Source of the DNA: Candidatus Poribacteria bacterium
Lineage (GTDB): Bacteria > Poribacteria > WGA-4E > WGA-3G
Assembly: GCA_965242965.1 (NCBI GenBank)
Contig: OZ251518.1
Span: 1,536,001 to 1,600,000 of the forward strand
DNA length: 64,000 nt
Direction: 5' to 3'
Under the pieces are notes generated by a model. The model saw only the letters and a list, made by a program, of their open reading frames with translations, was not told the DNA's origin and did not search any database. The position numbers and the translations under genes are program-made. Below, in pieces: positions 47,417 through 57,694 of this stretch. Every line of letters begins with the position of its first letter. Position 1 is the first letter of the stretch.

Positions 47417-50400
47417 TTAGAGTGCACCGAACAACTCCGGCAATCCCCCAACAATACCCACCGTCCGAACACTCACCTCCACCACTTGCCCAAGAAGCCG
47501 AACAATATATTCATCATCAGCAACGCGGTTCGGATCGGAGAGCAACTGACTTCGCTTGTGCGTTTTCACATGATACTGATTCACCACCCACTCCAACGCC
47601 GAATACGCACCCAACCGATACGCAAACGCATCCGCCGGAATTGCACCTATCGTGAGGAAATCGTTGTAGCGCAACGCCGTTTTATCCGCAGAGAATTTCA
47701 TCTTCTTCGACACGCGATAATCGATCGGCAACTCGCGGTTCTCAATCGGTTGCAAGCCGGCATACTCCGGCGACGACTCGTAATTGACATGGAGTTCCGC
47801 CAACTGCGCACCCGCCGCCGCAAAGCCCCAGAAATCTGGCGCGAACGGAATATGCGGTAAATCTAACTTGAGATTATCGGCATACGTCTCGCGATATGCC
47901 GGATGATGCAACAACCCGTAAGTGTAGTTGAAGATGTCCCATTTCGTGATGCTCTCGTCGCCGTAGTGCGCACGGAACGCCGCCAATGCCCAATCGGTGA
48001 TGTTCTCACGGCGTTCCGAACCATCCTCTGCGTAGGTATAGAATGGAAAGCACTGCGTTTTTTCAAGAATATCAACCGATGGGAGCAAATCTGTCATGAG
48101 CGTTTGGAACGGTTTGCCGCTGCCAATCCCGCTGACGCAAATCGCGCGATTCTCGTTCTCTGTCTCAGGCACCGGGAAAATGGAGGGCATCAGAGAGACT
48201 CGATGAGCTATCTGCCTGTCGAAATAGAGGTTCGATTTGGTAAAGGGCCGATAAAGATGATCGCGCACCTTTGCTGCTGAGAACGCGGCGAGGTTCCCTC
48301 TTTTCAATTCCGCTTTGAGCCTTTCATCCCACTTGATTTTGGTGTTGTCAGCACTCACAAAATTGTTGAGATTCGCCTCCAACTCGGTGCGCCGCTGCCA
48401 GCGCGCGACTTCGGCGTTGTAGAACTCCATCATCCGAGACAGATTTGCCGTGAGAGCGGCCTCGTTGAAGTTGATCGCCCATTCATCGCGGCCCGTTTTC
48501 ACGCCGTTGCTGTAAGTCTTAAACATCGCGCCGATGCCTGCGCCTTTCGCCGCCTTTACCGTCTTGCTGCCGAGGGGGAGAAAGGTGTTGAACTCGTCGC
48601 GGAGCCCCTCGGTGAGCCAGATGTGACGTTCGTTGGGTTGAATGTTCTGCCACGTGAGATTGCCGACATGCTCGCGTTCGTTCAACCACTCCATCTTGCG
48701 GCTGGCATCCCATGTGGCGGTTTCGCCGTGGTAGAGGATGCGGGCCGGTTTTTCTGAGGTGTCTCGCTTTTTCACCAAGATGGCGATACACACGCCGACC
48801 TGGATGCCGAAAACGTTGGAGGTGCCCGGGTCGCCCGCGCGGATATTTCCGCCTAAATCCAGCACATAGAGGGTATCAAAATCCTGCGCGAGGTGTTTAC
48901 GCATGCCATCAAACGCGATACCGTCAATAAAGGAGCGGTTCGTGACGAACGCCACGATCCCCTCGATGCCGAGTTTATCGGTGCCCCAGCGATAGGATTT
49001 CACATACGGATCATAGAGCGCGCCTTTCCGTTGCGCAACAGAATCTTTAGCGTAAGTATCGCGCACGCGCGCATCCACGCCTTCATATTTGCGGTTCGGG
49101 TTATTGTCATTCTCGTTTTTCTGCCCGGCGTTATAGGGCGGATTTCCGATGACGACGAACATCGGTGTGGCTTTCTGCTCCTCCACGCGCAGGGTATTCG
49201 CCTGTGAGAAATAGGCAAACTGCCCGGTCTGGTTCGGTGCATCGCGGACATCAAACGTATCAAAAGTATCCACGAGGCAGATCTTCTCAAACGGCAAGTA
49301 GGACTGCGTCGCTTGGAAATATTCGTGCTCGATGTTCATGCTGGCGATGTAGTAGGGGAGCAGGAGCACCTCGTTGCAATGCAGTTCTTCGCGATATTTA
49401 CGTTTCAGGGCGCGGCCATCGATCTCGCGCATCAGCCGGACGATGAAGTTGCCGGTGCCGACAAAGGCATCGATGAGATGCACGCCGCTATCGGATACCG
49501 TTTTGCCGAATTCTTCCTTGAGGACATGGTTAACGCTCTTCACCATGAAATCGACGAGGGGTTGCGGCGTGTAGACGATGCCGTGCGTATCCGCAACAGC
49601 GACAGAAAATCCTTGGAAAAACTGCTCGTAAACGGTATTCAGGAAGTGCTGTTTCTGGGAAAAATCGCGGCAGAGTAGGGAGGCTTGCTCAATGGCGAGA
49701 TAGAACGGATCGAGGCTTGCCAAGAACTCGTGCCGACTAAATGCCTGCGAGGTGAGCGCGTCAATGACGTTCTCAATCTCGCGGGCGATGATATTCCGCC
49801 GCGTGAAATCCGGATTGGCGAAAACGGTGCGGAAGGTGCGTTCCGTCAAAATGTGCTGTGTCAGCATCTCCTCCACGGCGGCTTGCGAGAGATTCGGGTT
49901 GATGGAGGCGCGGCAGTGTGCATAGAAATCGGCGAACGCCTCGCGATACGCGGCGTTGGTTTCGCGTTCCGCGGCGATGCGCTGCGTGAGTTCTGCTCCG
50001 AGTGCTGGCACTTTCTCCTTGAATTCGGCGACAGCGGCGTGCCAATTTTCAATCGCCGTGTGCGGATTCGCGAACAACTTTTCAAGCGCATCGCATAATT
50101 GACCCGGGTCCCCGAGGTCTGCGTCAAGCACTTTTTGTCCGTTTTGGTAGAGAATCCCGCGTTCTGGCGTTTGGAAGAAGATGTTATCGTCGGGATAGCC
50201 GACGGCGAATTTCTCTTGGACTGCTTTCGGCAAATCGTCGTCAACATCTTTGAATTCGCAGGCGGCGAGGGGGAGCCCGTAGGCATCGAGGAGCATGCCA
50301 TCGATGACAATCCGAGTGCCGGCTTCGGTGCGGACGGCGTATTGCGGCACGAGGGTGGCATCTACTTGTTTCGCGCAGGCGTGGAGTAGTGCTTGAAACG

Positions 50401-50509
50401 GCGTGCTGACTGCGCCTTCGTGTTTGATATCGCGGGCGGCGTATGCCTTGAGCGTGGCGTAGTATTCTCGCACGGGTTTGTGGTGTGGTTTCAGGGTTAA
50501 TTGTTTCAT
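47417..50509 (-). CDS. Single-chain R-M enzyme: N-terminal PD-(D/E)xK-like domain, gamma-class N6 MTase, Type ISP-like C-terminal specificity domain
   Basis: IDG...CEFKD, GIVYTP, DAFVGTGNF, GNPPY, YRPFTK, DIFNYTYGLLH and LAELHVNYE. No helicase motifs. Start at MKQLTLK. Confidence 0.85.
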   Translation of the reverse strand: MKQLTLKPHHKPVREYYATLKAYAARDIKHEGAVSTPFQALLHACAKQVDATLVPQYAVRTEAGTRIVIDGMLLDAYGLPLAACEFKDVDDDLPKAVQEKFAVGYPDDNIFFQTPERGILYQNGQKVLDADLGDPGQLCDALEKLFANPHTAIENWHAAVAEFKEKVPALGAELTQRIAAERETNAAYREAFADFYAHCRASINPNLSQAAVEEMLTQHILTERTFRTVFANPDFTRRNIIAREIENVIDALTSQAFSRHEFLASLDPFYLAIEQASLLCRDFSQKQHFLNTVYEQFFQGFSVAVADTHGIVYTPQPLVDFMVKSVNHVLKEEFGKTVSDSGVHLIDAFVGTGNFIVRLMREIDGRALKRKYREELHCNEVLLLPYYIASMNIEHEYFQATQSYLPFEKICLVDTFDTFDVRDAPNQTGQFAYFSQANTLRVEEQKATPMFVVIGNPPYNAGQKNENDNNPNRKYEGVDARVRDTYAKDSVAQRKGALYDPYVKSYRWGTDKLGIEGIVAFVTNRSFIDGIAFDGMRKHLAQDFDTLYVLDLGGNIRAGDPGTSNVFGIQVGVCIAILVKKRDTSEKPARILYHGETATWDASRKMEWLNEREHVGNLTWQNIQPNERHIWLTEGLRDEFNTFLPLGSKTVKAAKGAGIGAMFKTYSNGVKTGRDEWAINFNEAALTANLSRMMEFYNAEVARWQRRTELEANLNNFVSADNTKIKWDERLKAELKRGNLAAFSAAKVRDHLYRPFTKSNLYFDRQIAHRVSLMPSIFPVPETENENRAICVSGIGSGKPFQTLMTDLLPSVDILEKTQCFPFYTYAEDGSERRENITDWALAAFRAHYGDESITKWDIFNYTYGLLHHPAYRETYADNLKLDLPHIPFAPDFWGFAAAGAQLAELHVNYESSPEYAGLQPIENRELPIDYRVSKKMKFSADKTALRYNDFLTIGAIPADAFAYRLGAYSALEWVVNQYHVKTHKRSQLLSDPNRVADDEYIVRLLGQVVEVSVRTVGIVGGLPELFGAL

Positions 50510-50555
50510 ATCGGATATGATAACATGAATGGGGATAAATGTCAAGGGAAAAATC

Positions 50556-50775
50556 GAGCAGGATTTACACGATTAGGAGCAGGATTTACACGATTAGGAG
50601 CAGGATTTACAGGATTTCACAGGATTTGCAAGATTAGATCTCTGGTGCGTCGGCGCGGTTGTGGCCTGCCACGGGGGATTCGATGCATCAGACTCTATAA
50701 TCTTGCTAATCTTGATAAATCTTGAAAATCCTGCTCATATCCTGTGAAATCTTGAAAATCTTGAAAATCCTGCTT
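50556..50775. repeat. Short-period tandem array (GAGCAGGATTTACACGATTAG) with an inverted AAATCTTG/AAATCCTG array
   Basis: Two full 21-bp copies plus a partial copy and 9-10 bp subunits. The complementary arm lies at ~50698-50775. Confidence 0.85.
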
Positions 50776-50787
50776 CAGACGATTGGC

Positions 50788-51475
50788 ATGGCGAGGGACA
50801 GGCCCTCGCCCTACGTGTAAGGGACGGCGTTTTTTTCACCGTAGCGCGGGGGCCTGTCCCCCGCGAACGTTCGATCCGCGAAAAAATCTCTTCAGGTCCT
50901 TTAGGTCCTGCATGTCTATAGCACCTCGCCGACGAAAAAAACGCTAAGGTCCTTTAGGTCCTTAATAAGCAGCAGAAAACATTAAGGTCCTAAAGGACCT
51001 TGAGGACTTGGCGAGCCACGTATGCTATAGACATTAAGGTCCTACGGACCTTGAGGAGAACCCATCCCTGGCCCGTAGCGCGGGGGCCTGTCCCCCGCGA
51101 TTGTTCGATCCGCGCGAAAACCACACGCAGACCCAGGCCGTTTCCCTCTCGATCGAGGCATGGCGAGGGACAGGCCCTCGCCCTACGTGAAGGGGCGGCG
51201 TTTTTTCATCGTAGCGCGGGGGCCTGTCCCCCGCGTTGGCCAGCGTCAAGCGGTGGCGTTTTAGGTCCTTTAGGTCCTTAATGTCTATAGAAAAACGTGT
51301 CGGCCCATGTCAAGGTCCTTTAGGTCCTTAATAGGAAAACATGCGGCACGTCAAAGCATATTAAGGACCTAAAGGACCTTAGGGTTCTTCGCAGGCGCGC
51401 GTGCTATAGACATTAAGGTCCTACGGACCTAAGAGACGTTTTTTCATCGTAGGGCGGGGGACAGGCCCCCGCGAA
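50788..51475. repeat. Long mosaic of GTAG units and two ATAG-family (AGGTCCT/AGGACCT) elements
   Basis: Read directly from the sequence. Confidence 0.9.
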
Positions 51476-51563
51476 CATTCCCCAACAAGGAGCATTTACA
51501 AAAAAAACTTGCAAATTTTGCGAAAAAGTGTTACAATAAATTTAAGTTTTTAAACGGACAGAC

Positions 51564-52370
51564 ATGGAGAACATCATGGCACAAAACAGCGGCGACTATT
51601 ACATCAAGCAGGGGCTCACTAAGAACGTCATGGGCCACTTCGAGCACGCCATTTACGATTTTGACCTGGCCATTGAACTCGGTGCAGAAAACATCAATCA
51701 GGCTTACAACCTCCGAGGCATGGCGAAATACTCCCTGGGGAAGTACGAGGAAGCCATCAAGGATTATGATAAGGCTATTGAACTCGACCCGGGGGAACGG
51801 GATGCCTACCATTTTCGCGCGCTCGCGAACTATGAAATGGGCAACTACGAGGAGGCCATCAAAGATTATGACATTGATGTCCAACACAACCCCGAGAACA
51901 TGGAGGCGTATTACTCCCGCGGCATGGCGAAAAGGAAATTGAATCGGCATGCGGAGGCGATTAAGGACTTTGACAAGTCACTCAAGATTAACCCGCGCTT
52001 CGCCGAGGCTTATCTTGAACGTGCTAATTCAAAGTTTGACATGCAGCTCTATCGGGAGTCGATTCGGGATTTCGATAAGGCACTCCGGTATAACAGCGGG
52101 CTCGTTGACGCGCTCGCGGCGCGTGCCGCGGCGAAATCCAAACTCGGCATGCCGGTTGCGACACTCAAGGATGCCGAAGAGCTTATCAAACTCAAACCCG
52201 AGGATGCAAGAGGCTACGTCCTCCGCGCGCAAGCGAACCGAGCCCTCGGACACGAAGACCTGGCACAGCAGGATGCCCAAAAAGGCATGGACATCGTGCA
52301 AGAAGCAGGCGGCTCCGTGCCCGGCCTGAAAGTTACTATCATCCCTCTCCCGAAGGAAGACGAAAAATGA
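51564..52370 (+). CDS. Tetratricopeptide repeat protein
   Basis: 34-aa repeats such as AYNLRGMAKYSLGKYEEAIKDYDKAIELDP. TTGCAA-17-TACAAT promoter upstream. Confidence 0.93.
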   Translation: MENIMAQNSGDYYIKQGLTKNVMGHFEHAIYDFDLAIELGAENINQAYNLRGMAKYSLGKYEEAIKDYDKAIELDPGERDAYHFRALANYEMGNYEEAIKDYDIDVQHNPENMEAYYSRGMAKRKLNRHAEAIKDFDKSLKINPRFAEAYLERANSKFDMQLYRESIRDFDKALRYNSGLVDALAARAAAKSKLGMPVATLKDAEELIKLKPEDARGYVLRAQANRALGHEDLAQQDAQKGMDIVQEAGGSVPGLKVTIIPLPKEDEK

Positions 52371-53200
52371 GACTGAGCTGCCTCCCTGTCTCACTTTACG
52401 ATGACATCTTCACCGGGAAACGCACCGTTGCCGACTGGGTCGGTTTGGGCGCGAAACTGGGGCTTGATGCAGTGGATTTCAGCATCAAATTTTTTCCACG
52501 GCGCATCGCGGACACTTACCACCGAATGCTTGCCGTCCTCGCGTGTGAAAAATTCCGCATCACTCCCTGCATGCTCGCGTGCTATTCCGATTTCACGCAC
52601 CCGGATGCAGCGCAACGCGAGGCAGAACTGACGCAACTCAAGGCGGACATTGAATTGGCAGACCTGCTGGGCGCGCGATTCGTCCGCATCACGGCAGGAC
52701 AAAACCATCCCGGCATCCCGCGCGACGAAGGCGTGCAATGGGTAACCGAAGGATTCCGCCGCGCCCTTGACGAGGCAGACACGCGCGGCATCACCCTTGC
52801 TTATGAGAACCACACCAAGGGCGCGCCGTGGGACTATTGGGACTTCTCGCAACCGACAGAGATTTTCCTCCAAATCCTAGACAGCCTCGCTGATACACCG
52901 CTCGGGGTATGCTTTGATACCGCTAATCCGCTCGTCCTCGGCGAAGATGTCCTCGCGCTGCTTGATGCGGTGCTTGAACGGGTAGTCGTTATTCACGTCT
53001 TCGATCTTCGTGAAGTCGGCGCGTTTGAGCCGGTGCGCGTCGGCACTGGTGCAGCTCCTATTCCGCAAGTCTTCTCCCGCATGCGAGCGGCAGGGTATGA
53101 TGGCTGGCTCAGCATTGAAGAAGCCAGCCGTTCCGGCGAAGAGGGATTTGTGGAATCGATTGCGTTCGTTCGAGAGGCGTGGCTGCACGCCGTTTTATGA
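52367..53200 (+). CDS. Sugar phosphate isomerase/epimerase (xylose isomerase-like TIM barrel)
   Basis: LAYENH, CFDTAN, IHVFD, GTG and YDGWLSIE. Confidence 0.88.
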   Translation: MRLSCLPVSLYDDIFTGKRTVADWVGLGAKLGLDAVDFSIKFFPRRIADTYHRMLAVLACEKFRITPCMLACYSDFTHPDAAQREAELTQLKADIELADLLGARFVRITAGQNHPGIPRDEGVQWVTEGFRRALDEADTRGITLAYENHTKGAPWDYWDFSQPTEIFLQILDSLADTPLGVCFDTANPLVLGEDVLALLDAVLERVVVIHVFDLREVGAFEPVRVGTGAAPIPQVFSRMRAAGYDGWLSIEEASRSGEEGFVESIAFVREAWLHAVL

Positions 53201-53219
53201 GCAACGCGCAAATCGGGAT

Positions 53220-53818
53220 CGCGGGGGACAGGCCCCCGCGCTACGGTAACTGCGAAAGGTAGGAGAGACCTCCCGGTCTCGATGCGCCGGTAGGCATCGG
53301 GCCCACCTCTGTAGTTTGTGATCGCCTGATCACAAACGGGTCAGGATCTGGCGATCCTGACCTACAGAGTCGGGCGCGCGGACCCTCGCCCTACGGTGGC
53401 GTGCCGTTTTTTTTTCGTAGCGCGGGGGCCTGTCCCCCGCGATCTCCATTGTCAAGAGGGTGTTTTAGGTCCTTTAGGACCTTAATGTCTATAGCAGCAT
53501 GTGTCGTTCTGTTTTCAAGGTCCTTTAGGTCCTTAATAGATTTTGCCATGCCGCGCGTGTTTTTATTAAGGACCTAAAGGACCTTAGGGCTCTTCGCGTC
53601 TGCGCGTGCTATAGACATGCAGGACCTAAAGGACCTGAAGAGAAAGGAGAGACGTTTTTTTTCGTAGCGCGGGGGCCCTCGGATGCCATCCGCGCATCCG
53701 AGCGGGTTTCCCCCGCGAGCGTTGGAGTGCACGGACGATGGCGAGGGACAGGCCCTCGCCCTACGGTGAGGGGTGGCGTTTTTTCATCGTAGCGCGGGGG
53801 CCTGTCCCCCGCACTACG
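53220..53818. repeat. REP mosaic with an ATAG-family element
   Basis: Read directly from the sequence. Confidence 0.9.
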
Positions 53819-53859
53819 ATATACGGTAACTGCGAAAGCACGCCTACCTTACCTGCTTC

Positions 53860-54717
53860 TTAACCCCGCGACGGTTCACTCATCCGTTCCCGTGCCTGAC
53901 GCGACAATTCCGCCAGATGCCCATCGTTCGCCATCACCTGTTCAAGGTGAATCTTCCGTTCGGATGTAGCTGTCCTTACCATCTTTTCGCCATATTTCCG
54001 ATCGATCCAGAATCGCGCTGCCCCACTGATGTATGCCTGCAGCGCGTCCAACTTCTCCGCCGGATACCGTTGGCAGAGATTGATGGTAAACATGCGCCGT
54101 CGCTCGCCACCGCCGAATGCGGCGTGCTTCGTGTTGTGGTTGAACAGCACCAGATCGCCGGGGGTTGTCTCCAATGCGACGGCCGGCACATCCTTCCCGT
54201 GCAATTCCCACAACTCTTGGCTCTTCCCGATCTGCTTGGAGAGCCCATCGGCGTAATTATCGCCGAAGAGATGACTACCGGGAATGACGCGCAGCGCACC
54301 GGTATCCCGTGTCAGCGGATCGAGATAAAACGCAATCTTGATATGCGCCGGGTCTTCCAGTTTATGCCCGCCATCTGAGTGCCAGCCGGTATCGCCGACG
54401 TAGAAGTTTCCATCGCTGCCCATGTAGTTGAAATCGTCACCGAGCAGTGTCTTGGCGATTGCGAGAATCCTCGGGTCATCGAGTAGCGAGCAGAGTTCTT
54501 CGTGCTGATCGATGAATGGCACGATGCATGAGCGCGCCATGCCTTCGTGCGGTTGCCCGTTATGTCCGCCGCCGCGTTCTTCCCAGACCTCTTCAAACGC
54601 GTTCTGAATCGCGGAAATCCGGTCTGCCATCAGTTGCGGAAATCCGAGATACCCGAATGTCTTGAAAAAGTTAATCTCCGAGTCGGTGAGGTTGAAGTTG
54701 CGTTGATTCATCTCCAT
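53860..54717 (-). CDS. Phytanoyl-CoA dioxygenase (PhyH) family protein
   Basis: FFKTFGYL, WHSD (HxD), GALRVIPGSH and PGDLVLF...KH...RR. Confidence 0.9.
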   Translation of the reverse strand: MEMNQRNFNLTDSEINFFKTFGYLGFPQLMADRISAIQNAFEEVWEERGGGHNGQPHEGMARSCIVPFIDQHEELCSLLDDPRILAIAKTLLGDDFNYMGSDGNFYVGDTGWHSDGGHKLEDPAHIKIAFYLDPLTRDTGALRVIPGSHLFGDNYADGLSKQIGKSQELWELHGKDVPAVALETTPGDLVLFNHNTKHAAFGGGERRRMFTINLCQRYPAEKLDALQAYISGAARFWIDRKYGEKMVRTATSERKIHLEQVMANDGHLAELSRQARERMSEPSRG

Positions 54718-54798
54718 GTTCCTCCTATAGACTTGATGCGTTTTATTATATCAGATTTGCGATTAATTTTCCAAAGAAAAAATGCCGGTCGTGTGTAA

Positions 54799-55310
54799 CG
54801 TAGTGCGGGGGCCTGTCCCCCGCGATGCGTGCTTGAGCCGCAAACCGGCCCGATACCGTAGCGCGGGGGCCTGTCCCCCGCGATCGTTGGGGTGTGCGCA
54901 CGATGACGAGGGACAGGCCCTCGCCCTACGGTGACCGAGCCGCCCTCCTCTGTAGGTCAAGATCGCCTGATCTTGACCCGTTCGGGAGCAGGCGCTCCCG
55001 AACTACGGTTTCTCGCATGCGCGATGCATCGAGACCAGGAGGTCTCTCCTACCGGGTAAAACGATTTATGAAACACCCTCAATAGGGATAACTACCGAAA
55101 CGGAGTTATGAAACACCCTCATGTAACGTAGCGCGGGGGCCTGTCCCCCGCGATGTTCGACCGTAACAAAAAACGTCCGAGTCTCCAGGGATTCAGACGT
55201 TTTCTCTCATCCGATGCATGGCGAGGGACAGGCACTCGCCCTACGTAGGAAGGACAGCGGAAAGACGCGGCCTAACGGGAACCGCTAGCGAGGGACAGGC
55301 CCTCGCCCTA
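54799..55310. repeat. REP mosaic with two tandem right TIRs (ending 55080 and 55120)
   Basis: TATGAAACACCCTC occurs twice, 40 bp apart. Confidence 0.88.
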
Positions 55311-55386
55311 CGATAGGAAGGGCGGCGGAAAGGCTCAGACTACGGGAACCGCCCAGTAGGCGCGCTTCCTATTGTCCTTGAGTTCT

Positions 55387-57357
55387 TCAGCGATTCTTTT
55401 TCGTTGCTGGAGACGCGAGGTCCCACAAAAGCACCGTGCCATCGTGACTACCACTTACGAGTGTCTGTCCATCGGGACTGAAACACACGCTGTTGACAGG
55501 TGCCGTGTGTCCGGTAAGGGTTTGGCGGAGTTGTCCAGTTTTGACATCCCAGAGCCGAATCGCGCTGTCCCAAGCCTCCGCTGCCTCCGAACTTCCACTG
55601 GCGAGTGTCTGCCCATCCGGACTGAAACATAAGCTCAAGGCACTGGAGTCAATGTCACTGGTAAGCGTCTTTTTGAGTTTTCCGGTGTTGACATCCCAGA
55701 GGTAGATGGTGTCCACATCACCCTCCACCTGGACTGTACGGCTACTTGCGAGTGTTTGTCCATCCGGACTGAAACGCACGCTCAGAACATCAAAGGAGCT
55801 GGTGAGTGTCTTTCGGAGTTTTCCGGTGTTGACATCCCAGAGGAGAATCGTGTTGCTCCCACCACTTGCAAGTATATACCCATCGGGACTGAAACCCACG
55901 CTAGAAACTGCGTTGGTGTGTTCTTTGAGCATTTGTTGAAGTTCACCGGTAGCGACATCCCAGAGGCGAACCGTTTGGTCTTCACTGCCACTAGCGAGTG
56001 TTTGTCCATCTGGACTGAAACACACGCTCTTGACTGCGTCGGTATGTCCGATGAAAGGCTTCCTGAGTGTGCCGGTAAGCACGTCCCACAGCCAAATCAT
56101 TCCATCTCCACCACCACTTGCAAGTATCTGTCCGTTGGGACTGAAACATACGCTATTGATGCCGCGGGTGTGGCCAATGGGAGTCTGGCGGCGTTCGCCA
56201 GTGGTGACATCCCAGAGCCCAATTGTGCTACCCGAGCTTGTTTGAGTCTTCTCCCCCCAAACATTCCAGAGATCCATTGTGCTGTCCGCACCTCCACTGA
56301 CGAGCATCTGTCCATCAGGGGCGAATCCCACGCTATTGATGCCGCGGGTGTGGCTGATGAGAGTTTGACGGCGTTCGCTGGTTTTGACATCCCAGAAGTG
56401 AATCGTGCTGTCCGAACAACTACTTGCGAGAGTGTTCCCATCGGGAGAAAAACACATGCTGATGACATTACCGGTGTGTCCAGTGAGGGTTTGGCGCAGT
56501 TCACTAGTTTTGACATCCCAGAGCCGAATCTTGCCGTCACGACTGGTACTTGCGAGTGTATTCCCGTCGGGACTGAAGCGCGCACTACGTCCGGTAAAGG
56601 TGTTTCGGAGTGTGCCAGTAGCGACATCCCAGAGGCGAATCTTTTCATTATTCCACCCTTCACTAACAAGCGTCTGGCCGTTGGGGCTGATACTCAGGTG
56701 ATAGTCTTCATCGATGTGTCCGGTGAGTGTCTTTTTGAGTGCCCCGGTGTTAACATCCCATAGGCGAACCGTTTTGTCATAACTGGCACTTGCGAGAGTG
56801 TTCCCGTCGGGGCTGAAACGCACGCTGCCAATCGAGCCTGTGTGTCCTTTAAACGTCTTTTGGATTACGCCAGTGTTGACATCCTGAAGGTAAATCGTGT
56901 AGTCCCCATTCTTATCACTGGCCAGCGTCTGTCCATCCGGGAAGAAACGCACGTCATCAACTAGGGCACCGTCGAGTGTCTTTTTGAGTTTTTCGGTGGT
57001 GATATCCCAAAGGTAAATCGTGCTAAACCTGTCTCCAGCGTACCCTACCCTGCTGACAATGGCAAGTGTTTCCACGTCCGGACTAAAATGGATACTATTG
57101 ACAGTACCGGTGTGCCCGGGGAACAAAGCGACTTCTTTGAAAGTATTGGCATCATACAGCCACACCCCGATCTTACTCGCAACTGCCAGCAATCTCCCAT
57201 CCGGCGAATACGCAATTTCCCCAGTGAGCGCGCCTTTGCCGAGACGCATTTTGGCCCCCTCAGGTAATCCCCATCGGGTGTAATCCTGTGCGGGGGCAGT
57301 TGTGCTGATTAGCAGTGCGATGAGTAGTAGTGTCACTGTCAAAATGGTGTTTTTCAT
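55387..57357 (-). CDS. Secreted WD40-repeat protein
   Basis: Signal peptide and about 14 GHT...FSPDG.TLASGS.D.T..LWD repeats. Start at MKNTILT. Confidence 0.95.
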   Translation of the reverse strand: MKNTILTVTLLLIALLISTTAPAQDYTRWGLPEGAKMRLGKGALTGEIAYSPDGRLLAVASKIGVWLYDANTFKEVALFPGHTGTVNSIHFSPDVETLAIVSRVGYAGDRFSTIYLWDITTEKLKKTLDGALVDDVRFFPDGQTLASDKNGDYTIYLQDVNTGVIQKTFKGHTGSIGSVRFSPDGNTLASASYDKTVRLWDVNTGALKKTLTGHIDEDYHLSISPNGQTLVSEGWNNEKIRLWDVATGTLRNTFTGRSARFSPDGNTLASTSRDGKIRLWDVKTSELRQTLTGHTGNVISMCFSPDGNTLASSCSDSTIHFWDVKTSERRQTLISHTRGINSVGFAPDGQMLVSGGADSTMDLWNVWGEKTQTSSGSTIGLWDVTTGERRQTPIGHTRGINSVCFSPNGQILASGGGDGMIWLWDVLTGTLRKPFIGHTDAVKSVCFSPDGQTLASGSEDQTVRLWDVATGELQQMLKEHTNAVSSVGFSPDGYILASGGSNTILLWDVNTGKLRKTLTSSFDVLSVRFSPDGQTLASSRTVQVEGDVDTIYLWDVNTGKLKKTLTSDIDSSALSLCFSPDGQTLASGSSEAAEAWDSAIRLWDVKTGQLRQTLTGHTAPVNSVCFSPDGQTLVSGSHDGTVLLWDLASPATKKNR

Positions 57358-57446
57358 GAGAAATCTCTCCTTCAAAATTGTGCCGATTATCGCAGATTTT
57401 GCTTTGCTTGTCAACGTATTTTTTTCAGATAATGGGCAGACCTAGG

Positions 57447-57626
57447 CATGGCGAGGGACAGGCCCTCGCACTACGAGAAAGGAAAAGCGAGTGCCACCAA
57501 ACCACCGTAGCGCGGGGGCCTGTCCCCCGCGATCTCTCAACCGTAACAAAAAACGTCCGAGTCTCTAGGGATTCAGATGTTTTCTCTCACATCCGATGCA
57601 TGGCGAGGGACAGGCCCTCGCCCTAC
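57447..57626. repeat. REP block duplicated with 55128-55245
   Basis: Both blocks share the spacer CCGTAACAAAAAACGTCCGAGTCTC(C/T)AGGGATTCAGA. Confidence 0.85.
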
Positions 57627-57694
57627 GGTGAAGGAACAGCGAGTGCCGCCAAACCACCGTATCCGCTCGTCGTTGACATCTTCGGAAACTATTT

